Source: Candidatus Nealsonbacteria bacterium
GTDB taxonomy: Bacteria > Patescibacteriota > Minisyncoccia > Minisyncoccales > RBG-13-36-15
Reading direction: 5' to 3'
Length of the DNA stretch: 64,000 nt
Assembly (NCBI GenBank): GCA_011050465.1
Contig: DRFQ01000009.1
Coordinates: 334-64,333 of the forward strand
In this document: piece after piece, positions 46,259-55,861 of the stretch
Layout of the letters: the number at the start of each line of letters is the position of its first letter
Position numbering within the stretch: position 1 is the first letter of the stretch
Translations under genes and position numbers: made by a program
The notes under the pieces: generated by a model
Told to the model about the DNA's origin: nothing
Databases searched by the model: none
Seen by the model: the letters and a program-made list of their open reading frames with translations, nothing else

Positions 46259-47224
46259 ATGATTGATCAACTATCCAATTTAATAGTTAATCTGGACCTT
46301 GTCTTTCTGGCTATTTCGCCAATGGTTTTTGTGTTTAGCGTTACCTTGTTGGGCGACGCTATTGGACATGCGCAACAAGAGGAAAAAGCTGCCAGAGACA
46401 ATGATAAAATCACCATACAAAAAGATATAACAGAGGTGGAAACAGCCTTAGAAGAAACTAAAAGGAAGGGATATATCACCGACAAACTTGATGAAAATTT
46501 AACACGATTACAAAGTAGACGGCAGCAAACTGAAAAGAAAATTAGGGATATAAAAATTAAATATAGCGCTATTGATCTTAGAAATACTGTTGTATATCCT
46601 TGTTTTTCTTTTCTACTCTCTATTTTAATTGACCCGCTTAGAAATCTATCGGGAAATTTTGATATATCTTATTATTTAATTTTCTTTTCACAAACACTTT
46701 TATTTTTATACGGTTTTATAAAAATTTATAAAAGTCTTCAACTCGTACAACAGACAACCACCAAGAAAAAATCTGGAGAATACTTTAGGCATATAAAAAC
46801 AGCTTTTAAAGATGCGCTGGAAGAATATTATCAAAGCACAAAAGAAGAGGTTTCTGTAGAGTTTAAAGATATAGCTTTTCCGTTAAATATAGCGCCGTCA
46901 ACAGAATTAAATATTTTTCTAAGGACGGAGCTAATAAAAGGCTCTCTTCTAAGAAACGCATCTGTATGGTTTTATGTCGCTGATGGCTTAGAGTTAATTG
47001 ATCCTCCCGAAACTAGTAGTTGGAGGCAATCGGCAGACTATAACCCACCAAACATCCGAACAGTTAAAGTTGATCTTGGTGATTTAAGTATAGGTCAATA
47101 TATTCCAAGGACTCTAAAACTTAAAATGCCAACAATTCCAGGAAAATACTTACTTAGATATGTAGTCAAGGGGGATGGTTATTCTGGACCATCAAAAGAT
47201 TTAACATTATTGGTGACTGGATAA
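46259..47224 (+). CDS. Hypothetical membrane protein with coiled-coil and a C-terminal beta-rich domain
   Basis: One N-terminal TM helix, a charged helical segment, two to three TM helices and a C-terminal region of about 120 aa. No motif recognised. Confidence 0.45.
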   Translation: MIDQLSNLIVNLDLVFLAISPMVFVFSVTLLGDAIGHAQQEEKAARDNDKITIQKDITEVETALEETKRKGYITDKLDENLTRLQSRRQQTEKKIRDIKIKYSAIDLRNTVVYPCFSFLLSILIDPLRNLSGNFDISYYLIFFSQTLLFLYGFIKIYKSLQLVQQTTTKKKSGEYFRHIKTAFKDALEEYYQSTKEEVSVEFKDIAFPLNIAPSTELNIFLRTELIKGSLLRNASVWFYVADGLELIDPPETSSWRQSADYNPPNIRTVKVDLGDLSIGQYIPRTLKLKMPTIPGKYLLRYVVKGDGYSGPSKDLTLLVTG

Positions 47225-47352
47225 ATTCGTCCCTGACCGAGACGCGTCAATGAGACACGCCTCAAACCCCCTAATTTCCCCTTAAAACACAGGTTCTAGA
47301 CTAAGGATGTCAGCAACAGTCAGCGCAGTATCGAGGCCGACCGAGAGGCCTC

Positions 47353-47404
47353 AAAATCGCCAACCTGTCCGCCTCTGGAGGAGAAGGCGGTTTTTTGATA
47401 GAAT
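47353..47404 (+). repeat. 52-nt junction module (hairpin terminator plus TGATAGAAT extended -10)
   Basis: aaaatcgccaacctgtccgcctctggaggagaaggcggttttttgatagaat. A 50/52 identical copy lies at 61900-61951. Shorter variants lie at 48873-48903 and 62572-62600. Confidence 0.85.
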
Positions 47405-47410
47405 AGAAAA

Positions 47411-48001
47411 ATGAAACGAGTAAAAATTAACCCACCATATATTCCCTTAACTCAACAGAAATTATGTTGCGTGCCTTGTGCTATTCAGTGGATTTTGTTA
47501 AGAAGGGGTTTGAAATTAGTTGACCAAGAAACAATAGGAAATGCATTAGGTTTAATGGTGCCTAAAAAACACAAGAATTTATTTATTAGTAAGGTAAAAG
47601 TAGGAAAGAAAACTCCAAAAAGAGGCTGGGGAACTAATGAAACAGATGGTTCAAAAATGAACAGGTTTTTCAAAAAACACAGAATTCCGTTACGGGCCAA
47701 GAAGGTTTTTTATTCAGAAATTAAAGACGCGGCAAAGTTGATTATAGAAAGCCTGAAAAAGGGCAATGATTTAATGCCGGTTACTTATATGTCAATAATA
47801 GAACCTAAAGAGAAATATGGACACGCATTATTGATTAGTGAAATTATTTTAAGCAAGAAGCCGAAAGTTATTGTTGGTGACCCTCGTTTTCTTTCAAAAA
47901 AATTCTGGGAAGTTGACTTAGATAGGCTCATTAAAGGAATGAGCAAGAAGTTTGACGGAGAAGAAAGGGGAATATATATTTTTACCAAGCATAAAATATG
48001 A
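47411..48001 (+). CDS. Hypothetical protein, possible papain-like cysteine peptidase fold
   Basis: The Q..CC...C...W near the N-terminus and GHALLI later suggest a Gln/Cys...His arrangement. The evidence is weak. Confidence 0.35.
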   Translation: MKRVKINPPYIPLTQQKLCCVPCAIQWILLRRGLKLVDQETIGNALGLMVPKKHKNLFISKVKVGKKTPKRGWGTNETDGSKMNRFFKKHRIPLRAKKVFYSEIKDAAKLIIESLKKGNDLMPVTYMSIIEPKEKYGHALLISEIILSKKPKVIVGDPRFLSKKFWEVDLDRLIKGMSKKFDGEERGIYIFTKHKI

Positions 48002-48522
48002 AAATATATTTCGCTGCTCACGCAACATCAAAAGATAATGAAGCTGAAATTGCTTCTGGCTGGAAAGATGTTGAGTTGTCTGAATTGGGTATCCAACAAG
48101 CAAAAGAATTAGGCGAGAGGTTTAAAGATATAAAGATAGATTTAATCTGTTGTTCAGATTTAAAAAGGGCTGTAGATACAGTGAAAATAGCGTTTAATGA
48201 CAAATATCCCGTTATTGCAGATAAAAGGCTAAGAGAGCTTAATTACGGTGATCTCAATGGCAAGCCAAGCGAAGTTGTAGGTTATATGAAAAAAGAAAGG
48301 ATAAAAGAGTCCTTTCCTAATGGAGAAAGTTATGAGTTGGCAATGGTTAGAATTCACGAGTTTTATAAAGAGCTAAAAGAAAACCATCCAGAAAAGACAG
48401 TTTTAGTTGTTGGTCATCGTGCTACCCAATTCGGTTTAGATACGCTTGCTGGCGGTAAAACCCTTGAAGATTGCTTAAGCGTGCCATTTAAATGGCAGCC
48501 ATACTGGAAATACGAGTTTTAA
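47998..48522 (+). CDS. Histidine phosphatase (phosphoglycerate mutase) family protein
   Basis: YFAAHATSKDN (AHA in place of the canonical RHG), LSELGIQQA and VVGHRAT. ATGA overlap with the upstream gene. Confidence 0.7.
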   Translation: MKIYFAAHATSKDNEAEIASGWKDVELSELGIQQAKELGERFKDIKIDLICCSDLKRAVDTVKIAFNDKYPVIADKRLRELNYGDLNGKPSEVVGYMKKERIKESFPNGESYELAMVRIHEFYKELKENHPEKTVLVVGHRATQFGLDTLAGGKTLEDCLSVPFKWQPYWKYEF

Positions 48523-48535
48523 TTAAATAAAAAAT

Positions 48536-48856
48536 ATGAAGAAATTTAAAATTAGTAAGATTATTAGAAAAATTAAGAAATCTTGGAAGCCTATTGATGT
48601 AGTTGATTTTAACAACTATACATTAAGAATAGCGTTATTCAAAGGAGAATATCATTGGCATAAGCACGATAAGGAAGATGAATTTTTCTATGTTTATCAG
48701 GGTAAAATTTTAATTGAGACAGAATTAGGGAATATGATACTAAATAAAGGAGAAGGTTGCGTAATTCCCAAAAGAATAAAACATAAACCTTCGTCTAAAG
48801 TGAAATCATATGTGTTTATGATTGAACCAAAGAAATTAGCAAGTAGGGGAGACTAA
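48536..48856 (+). CDS. Cupin-domain protein
   Basis: HWHKHDKEDEFFYVYQGK ... IPKRIKHKP matches the two cupin motifs. Confidence 0.7.
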   Translation: MKKFKISKIIRKIKKSWKPIDVVDFNNYTLRIALFKGEYHWHKHDKEDEFFYVYQGKILIETELGNMILNKGEGCVIPKRIKHKPSSKVKSYVFMIEPKKLASRGD

Positions 48857-48925
48857 TTAAGCATAAGGCAATAAAAATCGCCAAGAAGGCGGTTTTTTGA
48901 TATTCGTCCGAGAGTTGCCTTGGGC

Positions 48926-48954
48926 TTGACTTATTTGCGGCAAATTGATAGATT
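48926..48954 (+). promoter_or_regulatory. Sigma70-like promoter
   Basis: TTGACT (48926-48931), a 17-nt spacer, then TGATAGATT. The SD AAGGAGG precedes ATG 48996. Confidence 0.45.
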
Positions 48955-48995
48955 ATTCTTAGCATCATTTCCAACAAAGAGGTAAGGAGGGTTAA

Positions 48996-49556
48996 ATGAT
49001 GAAGCCTCAAACAATAAAGAGAAGCTCGTTCCTTTATAGATACACAAAATGGCTTTGGGGAAGCTTTATTACTGATACAAACGTTGAAAACACCAAGAAT
49101 GCCTGCAACTTTCTTTGGGGTAGGTTAATTGGTGGAACTTTAATCTTGATATTCGGAAGCATCGTGCTCTTTGGGATAGTAGTTCCCATAGTCTGGTTTC
49201 TCGGCTACCATTTTATCCGCAAAGAAGACAAAAACAAATATACCAAAGACAGGATGTGCTACAATTATAAATTCAACGGGAAGACTTATCAAAGATTCGC
49301 CCCTTGGGAGATAGCAATAGCTATTAGCGTCCTAGGCGCGATTATCTACCTCTCTGCTTTCAATCAGTCTTTGGGAACTGACATTGGTAAGATAACAGGT
49401 CTCGCTGTTGCCTCACTAATCGGCCTCATTCTGATTCTAGCCTTGCTACTTACTGTTTTTTCCAGGGGTTGGAGAAGCACAATTGGCAAAGCCATCAGAG
49501 AAACGACCGCGACAAGACTCAAGAATGCCTGTCCTCCAATTAAATATGTAGATTAA
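48996..49556 (+). CDS. Hypothetical membrane protein
   Basis: Three or four hydrophobic helices. No motif recognised. Confidence 0.45.
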   Translation: MMKPQTIKRSSFLYRYTKWLWGSFITDTNVENTKNACNFLWGRLIGGTLILIFGSIVLFGIVVPIVWFLGYHFIRKEDKNKYTKDRMCYNYKFNGKTYQRFAPWEIAIAISVLGAIIYLSAFNQSLGTDIGKITGLAVASLIGLILILALLLTVFSRGWRSTIGKAIRETTATRLKNACPPIKYVD

Positions 49557-49712
49557 CAAATAGAAAATTACGCGAGCTTATCCTAAAAGCGGTGCGACAT
49601 CAAGTCAAACCGCCTTTTTGTTACTAAACACCCAACAATTCCCTTGATTGTTTCAACACAAGCTCCGGATATTGAACTAATTCTGCCCAGCTAATGGTTC
49701 TAACGTCGTCCA

Positions 49713-49725
49713 AGCCCCGCAGCCA
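49713..49725 (+). repeat. Exact 13-nt copy of the tRNA-Gln 3-prime end (agccccgcagcca)
   Basis: Identical to 37449-37461. It abuts the start of the 147-nt repeat. Confidence 0.8.
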
Positions 49726-49866
49726 AGCACAACTCGGTATCGAGGGCGACCGATTCCCGTACAAAATTGGTTCGAGTCCAGGTGCCGTCGCGGTACTAGA
49801 CCGAGGCGGTTCGAGTCGCAGCCCCCCAGCACCAGTCAGCGCAGTATCGAGGCCGACCGAGAGGCC
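49720..49866 (+). repeat. 147-nt direct repeat, copy A
   Basis: It differs from 51151-51297 at 5 positions by eye. It contains two degenerate tRNA T-arm-like segments (ggttcgagtcc, ggttcgagtcg) and ends in gaccgagaggcc. Confidence 0.9.
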
Positions 49867-50032
49867 TATTTTGAAGCTATTTTCTTGACGGGTCTAGGAC
49901 GTCCTAAACCCGTACCCGTCTAGGAATAGAACTCTACGAACAAAAAAGGAGCAGTTCGAGTAGTAGCGCCAGAGCATTTCTACGGATTTCTTCGGATTTT
50001 AAACTTTCAATTCTTTAATATAATTTATGTAA

Positions 50033-51091
50033 ATGGACAAATTAACTTTTAGAAAAAAGTTGGAAGGTCAATTAGAGCAATTCTACTCTGATGAAATACA
50101 AATCGCACCAACCCCGCAATTTACAAAACTATTGGAAAGGATGAAGTCTTTAACTCTAGCAGGTGGGAAACGATTTCGCCCTTATGTCGCTTTCTTAACC
50201 TACTCTTCATATGGTGGAAAAGATTTCGATAAATTACTACGAGTTGCCCTTTCTTCAGAGCTTCTACATAATTATATATTGATTCACGATGATATCATTG
50301 ATAATGACCTAGAGCGTTATGGGGTGCTAAACATAACCGGGCAATACCTCAAAGATTTTACCTCACTAGAAAATGATTCGGACAGATTAAGACTTGCAGA
50401 AGGAATGGCAATAATAGCGGGTGATATTGGACACTCACTCGCATACAAGAACTTATTAAGTATCGATTCTCTTGATGATAGGGAGAAAAAACAATTATGC
50501 AAGCTCTTAACTAACTGCAACATTGACCTGTTGGCTGGACAACAAATGGATACTCTTAATATTGAATTATTGATTGATGATTTTACATTAGATCGGTTAA
50601 TAACCACCTGCATGCTTAAATCCTCTTCATACTCGACGATAATTCCTATGAAAATGGCTGCGATTCTACTTGATTTAAATAATAGAGAAGTTAAACTAAT
50701 AGAAAAATTTGCCGTTCAGTTCGGAATACTTTACCAACTTGTCGATGACTACTCTGACTATTTTATTAATAAGACCGATTTCAATATAAAGGCCAAATAT
50801 AGAGATTTTAGACAAGGGAAAATAACTCATCCATATTTTGTGGCGCTAGAACTCGCAAGCGAACAGGAACGAGATTTTCTTAAAGAAAATTTTGGAAATA
50901 AAAAAATACCTCAAGACCAATTAGAAAGAGTTACAAATATCTTGCTAAATTGTGGAGCAAAAGACAAGGCGATAGAATTAATTTCCAAATATGCAGTGGA
51001 ATCTCAAAATTGCCTTAACAAATTGAATATTTCTAAGGAAGGAAAAAATCAAATGCTAGGGCTGATTGAGCACTATAAAACTGTTGTTTAA
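50033..51091 (+). CDS. Polyprenyl diphosphate synthase (trans-isoprenyl diphosphate synthase family)
   Basis: First Asp-rich motif LIHDDIIDND and second motif VDDYSD. Confidence 0.8.
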   Translation: MDKLTFRKKLEGQLEQFYSDEIQIAPTPQFTKLLERMKSLTLAGGKRFRPYVAFLTYSSYGGKDFDKLLRVALSSELLHNYILIHDDIIDNDLERYGVLNITGQYLKDFTSLENDSDRLRLAEGMAIIAGDIGHSLAYKNLLSIDSLDDREKKQLCKLLTNCNIDLLAGQQMDTLNIELLIDDFTLDRLITTCMLKSSSYSTIIPMKMAAILLDLNNREVKLIEKFAVQFGILYQLVDDYSDYFINKTDFNIKAKYRDFRQGKITHPYFVALELASEQERDFLKENFGNKKIPQDQLERVTNILLNCGAKDKAIELISKYAVESQNCLNKLNISKEGKNQMLGLIEHYKTVV

Positions 51092-51150
51092 CTTTTTTAG
51101 TATAGGTTACGGTATTTTATTGGTCCGAAATAATTCTCCGAAAATCGTCC

Positions 51151-51297
51151 CAGCCAAGCACAACTCAGTATCGAGGGAGACCGATTCCCGTACAAAATTG
51201 GTTCGAGTCCAGGTGCCGTCACGGTACTAGACCGAGGCGGTTCGAGTCGCAGCCCCGCAGCAACAGTCAGCGCAGTATCGAGGCCGACCGAGAGGCC
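51151..51297 (+). repeat. 147-nt direct repeat, copy B
   Basis: See copy A. Confidence 0.9.
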
Positions 51298-51359
51298 CTT
51301 TGTCTGAGGCGTACAGCCTCGGGGTTTTGTTTCTGTTTTTAGTTTGGTAAAATGAAATA

Positions 51360-54300
51360 ATGGCTAAAATTGTTAAAAATAAATTAGGGAATTTTTTGGC
51401 GATTTGCCTTATCCTTTTGATGGTGGCGGGTTGGATTTTTTCTGGCTGGCCACAAGTGTGGCACGATCCTCCTTTTCCTCCAAAAGTTGAAGACGTACAT
51501 GCTACAACAAGAACAATTGAGCAGCAGATAAATATTATTGACCAGGAGTATGAGTCGGAGGTGCTGGGTTCTTATAAGCCAACCGATAATAGTCTTGGCC
51601 TGATCCGTTGGGATAGTGCCAAATATCCTGGCGCTGTGGTTTATTTTGAAGCAGTAGCAATGGTGTTTGCCGAGACCGATACTGTCAAGGTAGCTCTTTT
51701 TAGCTCTGACGGAACACAAGTTGCAAATAGTGAAGTAACCCATTCTAGCGCTGGTAATTATACAAGAGTAAGATCTAGCGCCCTTACTTTGGGTACGCTC
51801 CCCAATTTGCAGAGCAATACCGATTATTCTGTAAGGGTAAAAGCCGTGAATGATTGGGTTTCGCTCAAAGCCGCCCGCCTCATAATTGTCCAGTCCGACG
51901 GCACAAAAATTACAGATACCGTTACTCAAATTGAAGCTGGGGATAATCAGTCTACGACGGCAACCTCAGGAAGTCCGAGCACCCTTGCAAACCCAAATTA
52001 TTATATGTTTGACAAGGATATGTTTTCAGGAACATACGGGACAGACATTAACGCTTATTTTGAGGCGTCTCTTAAAGCTTCAGCAATACTCTCCGCTGCC
52101 GCTTATTATTTCAACGCCTACGACAGCGGTACCGCCTGGACCAACGCCCCAGCGCAGATGGTTGACGGTTCAACGAGCAACTTCGCGGTAACCGGCGGCT
52201 CCGATGAAAATCAACGCAACACCGCAAGCACGTGCGACGCCACATGCGGTGCAAAAAGCGAGACAATCACAAAAGTGGAATTAAGAGTTTATGCTTGCCA
52301 AGATAACGCTGATAACGGATGGATTACCTTAACCCCGTATTTTTCCGGTTCATCGCAGGGAGACGGGCACACTTGGTCGGCGGTTCCCGACGGGAATAGC
52401 TGTGAAACCGGGGTTGCCGCCTGGAGCCCTTATTTTGACATTACAAGCGATACAAATGCTCCGGGCACTTGGGGATGGAGCGATGTAGAAAACCTTGATG
52501 TTAATGTGTTCGGTGACAGACAGGGAGGAGCCGATGTTATCCACGCGGCGCAAGTCGATATTCAAGTAACGTATGAACCGGGTACAACATCTACCGCATA
52601 CGCAGAGCTTTATAACCGCACCAATAGCGCAGTAGTTGGTAATAGTACTATTTCTGTGAATAGCACTAGTTGGACGCGAGTTCGTGGCGCAAGTGCTTTG
52701 AACTCGTCAGACAACTGGGATATAACCAATGATGATGAATATGAAGTGCGCATTTATTCTTCAAGCGGTTCTGACGCCGCCTATATTGCTAATGCTAAAA
52801 TTGTTATTGAACAGAGTATTTCAGGGGGTATAGATAAACTGGAGACGGTGCATCAGTATAATAATACGTTGGTAAGTCTCGGAGGTGATGTGGTAACTGT
52901 TTATGCTCAATTAACTATTTCAGGAGGTGCTGCCATCTCTGGTAGTAAGCAAAGTACTGGTAGTGGCAGTTATACGCGGTTGAGAAGCAGTGGTTTAACA
53001 TTATCTACTAATGATTTTGATGTTGAGTTAAGCGTGAACGATTCAGCATATACGGAACAAGGATTTATGAACAAATATGATTCTACTAATTGGGTGGGTG
53101 GAACTTTTGTATATTTATTTGAAACAATACTTAAAAATGTTGTTACAGTTAGAGAGGACTCCTCAACTTCCTGGCTTATCATTCAGATATCTGGGCTTGC
53201 TTCTATTATCGCAACTACTACCATTGGTGATGGTACTGACCCCAGTGATTCAACGGTTGCACCGGAAAGCGGGATTACTGATCTTGATGCAGTCACTTTC
53301 GTTACCAACACCGGCACTGATTCCATTACTGCCGTAACCGTTACTCTTGGGGCAGGTGATTCAGATAATTTGAGCGAGGTGCGGATTACAAACGATAATG
53401 GATTAACGACATATTTTTCCGCAATTTCCAGTCCCTCAAGTGACACACTCAATTTTAGCGGTGGCACACCAATACCGGTTACAGCTTCATCAACGCAGTT
53501 TAAGGTCAGAATCACTCCAGAAACTCACGCCAACATGCCAGCTCCCCAGGGAGCAGAATATGCTATAACCGGAACCATTACCGCTTTTACCAGTACCAAC
53601 ACCCAGGCAGGAACAGATACCGGCAGTGCCATGATAACCATTGACAACTTATCGCCCAATAACGCCACATCCACAAGTGGTAGTGTTACTTCAGATACTG
53701 AAATAACAATCAACTGGACGACTTCCAACAGTACCGATTACAATCGCTCAATCGTACTGCGGTGGCAAGCCTCCCTTCCTGGGGCCGATGTGCCAGCAGA
53801 AGGTACTAATTATAGTCTTGATGATACCATTGGCGGAGCAAAGGTGGCTTGTGTAGAGAATACCGGTACTTCTTCTACGGCCTACAGCGGGGTTGATGGT
53901 TCTGGTGCAGATGAGTGTAGCACTACCGCTTTGTCTGTCGGTACGCAATATTCATATAAACATTTTGAGAAGGATGATAACGGAAACTGGAATACAGGAT
54001 TTACGAACGCCAGCTCTCCTTTAACGACAACCGGCGGCGCAACTTTAACCTTTAGTATTTCCGACAACGATATATTCTTTGGTGATTTGAGCGCTTCGGC
54101 GTCTAAATGGGCAGATAATACCGCAGACGGAAGCACTACAGCAGTGGTTGCCCATACGCTCGCCGCCTCAACAAACGTCACCAACGGATACACCATAACC
54201 GTAAACGGAACCACGCTTACTTCGGGTGGTGATACCATTATTGCCATGGCTTCTGAAGCTATTCTTACCACCGGGCAAGAAGAGTTTGGTCTGCGCATTA

Positions 54301-54527
54301 CGGCTTCTGGCGGAAACGGTACGGTTGATGCTGATTATGACAATAGTCCAGCTGACAGCTATGCCCTCATTACTGGTAACTTTCCGGATGTGATTGCAAC
54401 AGACGCAGACGGCGATGACGTGAGCACCACATATTCGCTCTACTATGCAGCAAACATTACCGCAAACACCGAGGCCCACACCGACTACACTTCCAGCCTA
54501 ACCTACGTTGCAACCGGAAACTTTTAG
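51360..54527 (+). CDS. Large (1055 aa) Thr/Ser/Asn/Gly-rich cell-surface protein with N-terminal membrane anchor, internal repeats, FN3-like module and a C-terminal domain shared with the next gene
   Basis: TM helix LAICLILLMVAGWIF. A motif repeated three times (YTRVRSSALTL / WTRVRGASAL / YTRLRSSGLTL). ITINWTT...YSYKHF is FN3-like. The last 190 aa or so are paralogous to 54678-55817. It is GC-richer than the core genes. Confidence 0.7.
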   Translation: MAKIVKNKLGNFLAICLILLMVAGWIFSGWPQVWHDPPFPPKVEDVHATTRTIEQQINIIDQEYESEVLGSYKPTDNSLGLIRWDSAKYPGAVVYFEAVAMVFAETDTVKVALFSSDGTQVANSEVTHSSAGNYTRVRSSALTLGTLPNLQSNTDYSVRVKAVNDWVSLKAARLIIVQSDGTKITDTVTQIEAGDNQSTTATSGSPSTLANPNYYMFDKDMFSGTYGTDINAYFEASLKASAILSAAAYYFNAYDSGTAWTNAPAQMVDGSTSNFAVTGGSDENQRNTASTCDATCGAKSETITKVELRVYACQDNADNGWITLTPYFSGSSQGDGHTWSAVPDGNSCETGVAAWSPYFDITSDTNAPGTWGWSDVENLDVNVFGDRQGGADVIHAAQVDIQVTYEPGTTSTAYAELYNRTNSAVVGNSTISVNSTSWTRVRGASALNSSDNWDITNDDEYEVRIYSSSGSDAAYIANAKIVIEQSISGGIDKLETVHQYNNTLVSLGGDVVTVYAQLTISGGAAISGSKQSTGSGSYTRLRSSGLTLSTNDFDVELSVNDSAYTEQGFMNKYDSTNWVGGTFVYLFETILKNVVTVREDSSTSWLIIQISGLASIIATTTIGDGTDPSDSTVAPESGITDLDAVTFVTNTGTDSITAVTVTLGAGDSDNLSEVRITNDNGLTTYFSAISSPSSDTLNFSGGTPIPVTASSTQFKVRITPETHANMPAPQGAEYAITGTITAFTSTNTQAGTDTGSAMITIDNLSPNNATSTSGSVTSDTEITINWTTSNSTDYNRSIVLRWQASLPGADVPAEGTNYSLDDTIGGAKVACVENTGTSSTAYSGVDGSGADECSTTALSVGTQYSYKHFEKDDNGNWNTGFTNASSPLTTTGGATLTFSISDNDIFFGDLSASASKWADNTADGSTTAVVAHTLAASTNVTNGYTITVNGTTLTSGGDTIIAMASEAILTTGQEEFGLRITASGGNGTVDADYDNSPADSYALITGNFPDVIATDADGDDVSTTYSLYYAANITANTEAHTDYTSSLTYVATGNF

Positions 54528-54677
54528 TTTATAGGTTTTCCACAACCAGCTTATTGATGTTGTTGCTTGATACTGGTATTCTGTTATAATAAATAAAAAC
54601 CATAAAAAGGTTACGTTTCGTATCAGCCAATATAACTATTCCTTTCCCTTGGTCGATAAGGAATACAAAAACTGCCA

Positions 54678-55817
54678 ATGAACCAACTATATTTTATAAG
54701 AAGAAACATAGATATAAAAAAAGTCCTTACCAGCTTGGGGCTTATTGTCGCAGTGCTGGTGTTGTTGATAGCGCCGCCCGTGCAGATTGCAAGGGCAGCT
54801 ACCTTGCTGAACATGAGAGACACTCTCACTACCGTGAAGGCAAGTACCGTAACTGACCATGAGATTATATTCCGCACGCCAACGGGAGCTGATGAGTCCA
54901 CAGACACCATCATCATTGACATTGGAGCTACCGATACCTCGTGGAATACCAGCAGCTTAGCGATTGGTGACGTGGATTTGGCGCACTCAGCCGGTGCCCA
55001 GAGCGACTGCGACGCTCCAACATTCAGCAACGAGGAGACACTTGCAGCTTCCGCTACCGCCACCGATTGGCAACTGGACTTTGACACCACAAACGATATC
55101 CTTACCTTCACTGCCCCAACAGACGGCGTGGGAGCCGCTGCTATTGCAACTAACGCCTGTGTGCAGATACAGATTGGTACCAATGCTAGTGGAGGATCAA
55201 ACCAGATTACCAACAGCACTGCGGGCAGCAAGAATATAGACATTTTGGGTACCTTTAACGACACCGGTACCATAGTGGTAACGCTCATAGCTGACGATAT
55301 AGTAGTGACAACTGCCACGGTCGTTGCTTCTCTAACGTTTACCGTTGATGATAATGATATCTTTTTTGGCACCTTGGGCGCTGGGGCAGCAAAATGGGCA
55401 GATAATACCGCAGACGGAAGCACTTCGTCAGTCGTTGGCCACACCATGACCGTAGGTACCAACAGTACATCCGGCTACAGTGTTACTTACAACGGTACCG
55501 CGCTCACGTCTGGTTCAGATAAAATTTCCGATAGCGGCAACACCACCATTACCGGAGATGCGGACGGAACTCCCGGCTCAGAGGAGTTTGCCATTGGGGT
55601 TACCGTGAGCGACAACGCGACTATTGCTTCTGGATATGAGCAGGCCTCCAACAACTTCAAGTTTGTTGAAAGCACCACTGCCACACTTGTCTCTGAAACT
55701 ATTCAAACCGCCGCAGAAACAATCTCTGTCTACTACATAACCAACATTGCCGCAAACACCGAGGCCCACATCGACTACACTTCCAACATAACCTACATTG
55801 CAACCGGGAACTTCTAG
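54678..55817 (+). CDS. Secreted surface/fibre-subunit-like protein, paralogous C-terminal domain
   Basis: Signal peptide ending IARA-ATLL. The C-terminal domain (DNDIFFG..KWADNTADGST...TEAHIDYTSNITYIATGNF) aligns with the C-terminus of the 1055-aa protein. Confidence 0.7.
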   Translation: MNQLYFIRRNIDIKKVLTSLGLIVAVLVLLIAPPVQIARAATLLNMRDTLTTVKASTVTDHEIIFRTPTGADESTDTIIIDIGATDTSWNTSSLAIGDVDLAHSAGAQSDCDAPTFSNEETLAASATATDWQLDFDTTNDILTFTAPTDGVGAAAIATNACVQIQIGTNASGGSNQITNSTAGSKNIDILGTFNDTGTIVVTLIADDIVVTTATVVASLTFTVDDNDIFFGTLGAGAAKWADNTADGSTSSVVGHTMTVGTNSTSGYSVTYNGTALTSGSDKISDSGNTTITGDADGTPGSEEFAIGVTVSDNATIASGYEQASNNFKFVESTTATLVSETIQTAAETISVYYITNIAANTEAHIDYTSNITYIATGNF

Positions 55818-55861
55818 GAGCTCTCTTGCTCGATGCCGTGCTGGCGTGATAGCATAACATC

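Noticed and set aside
49694-49888. 64-aa ORF over the 147-nt repeat
   Set aside because: It lies entirely within repeat and tRNA-like debris, has no start context, and its twin repeat copy does not keep the frame.
54623-55462. 279-aa minus-strand ORF, and many 60-180-aa ORFs on both strands between 51.4 and 55.9 kb
   Set aside because: These are antisense or off-frame to the long surface-protein genes. The region is GC-richer and stop-poor, so long spurious ORFs are expected. Only the plus-strand genes have signal peptides and mutual homology.
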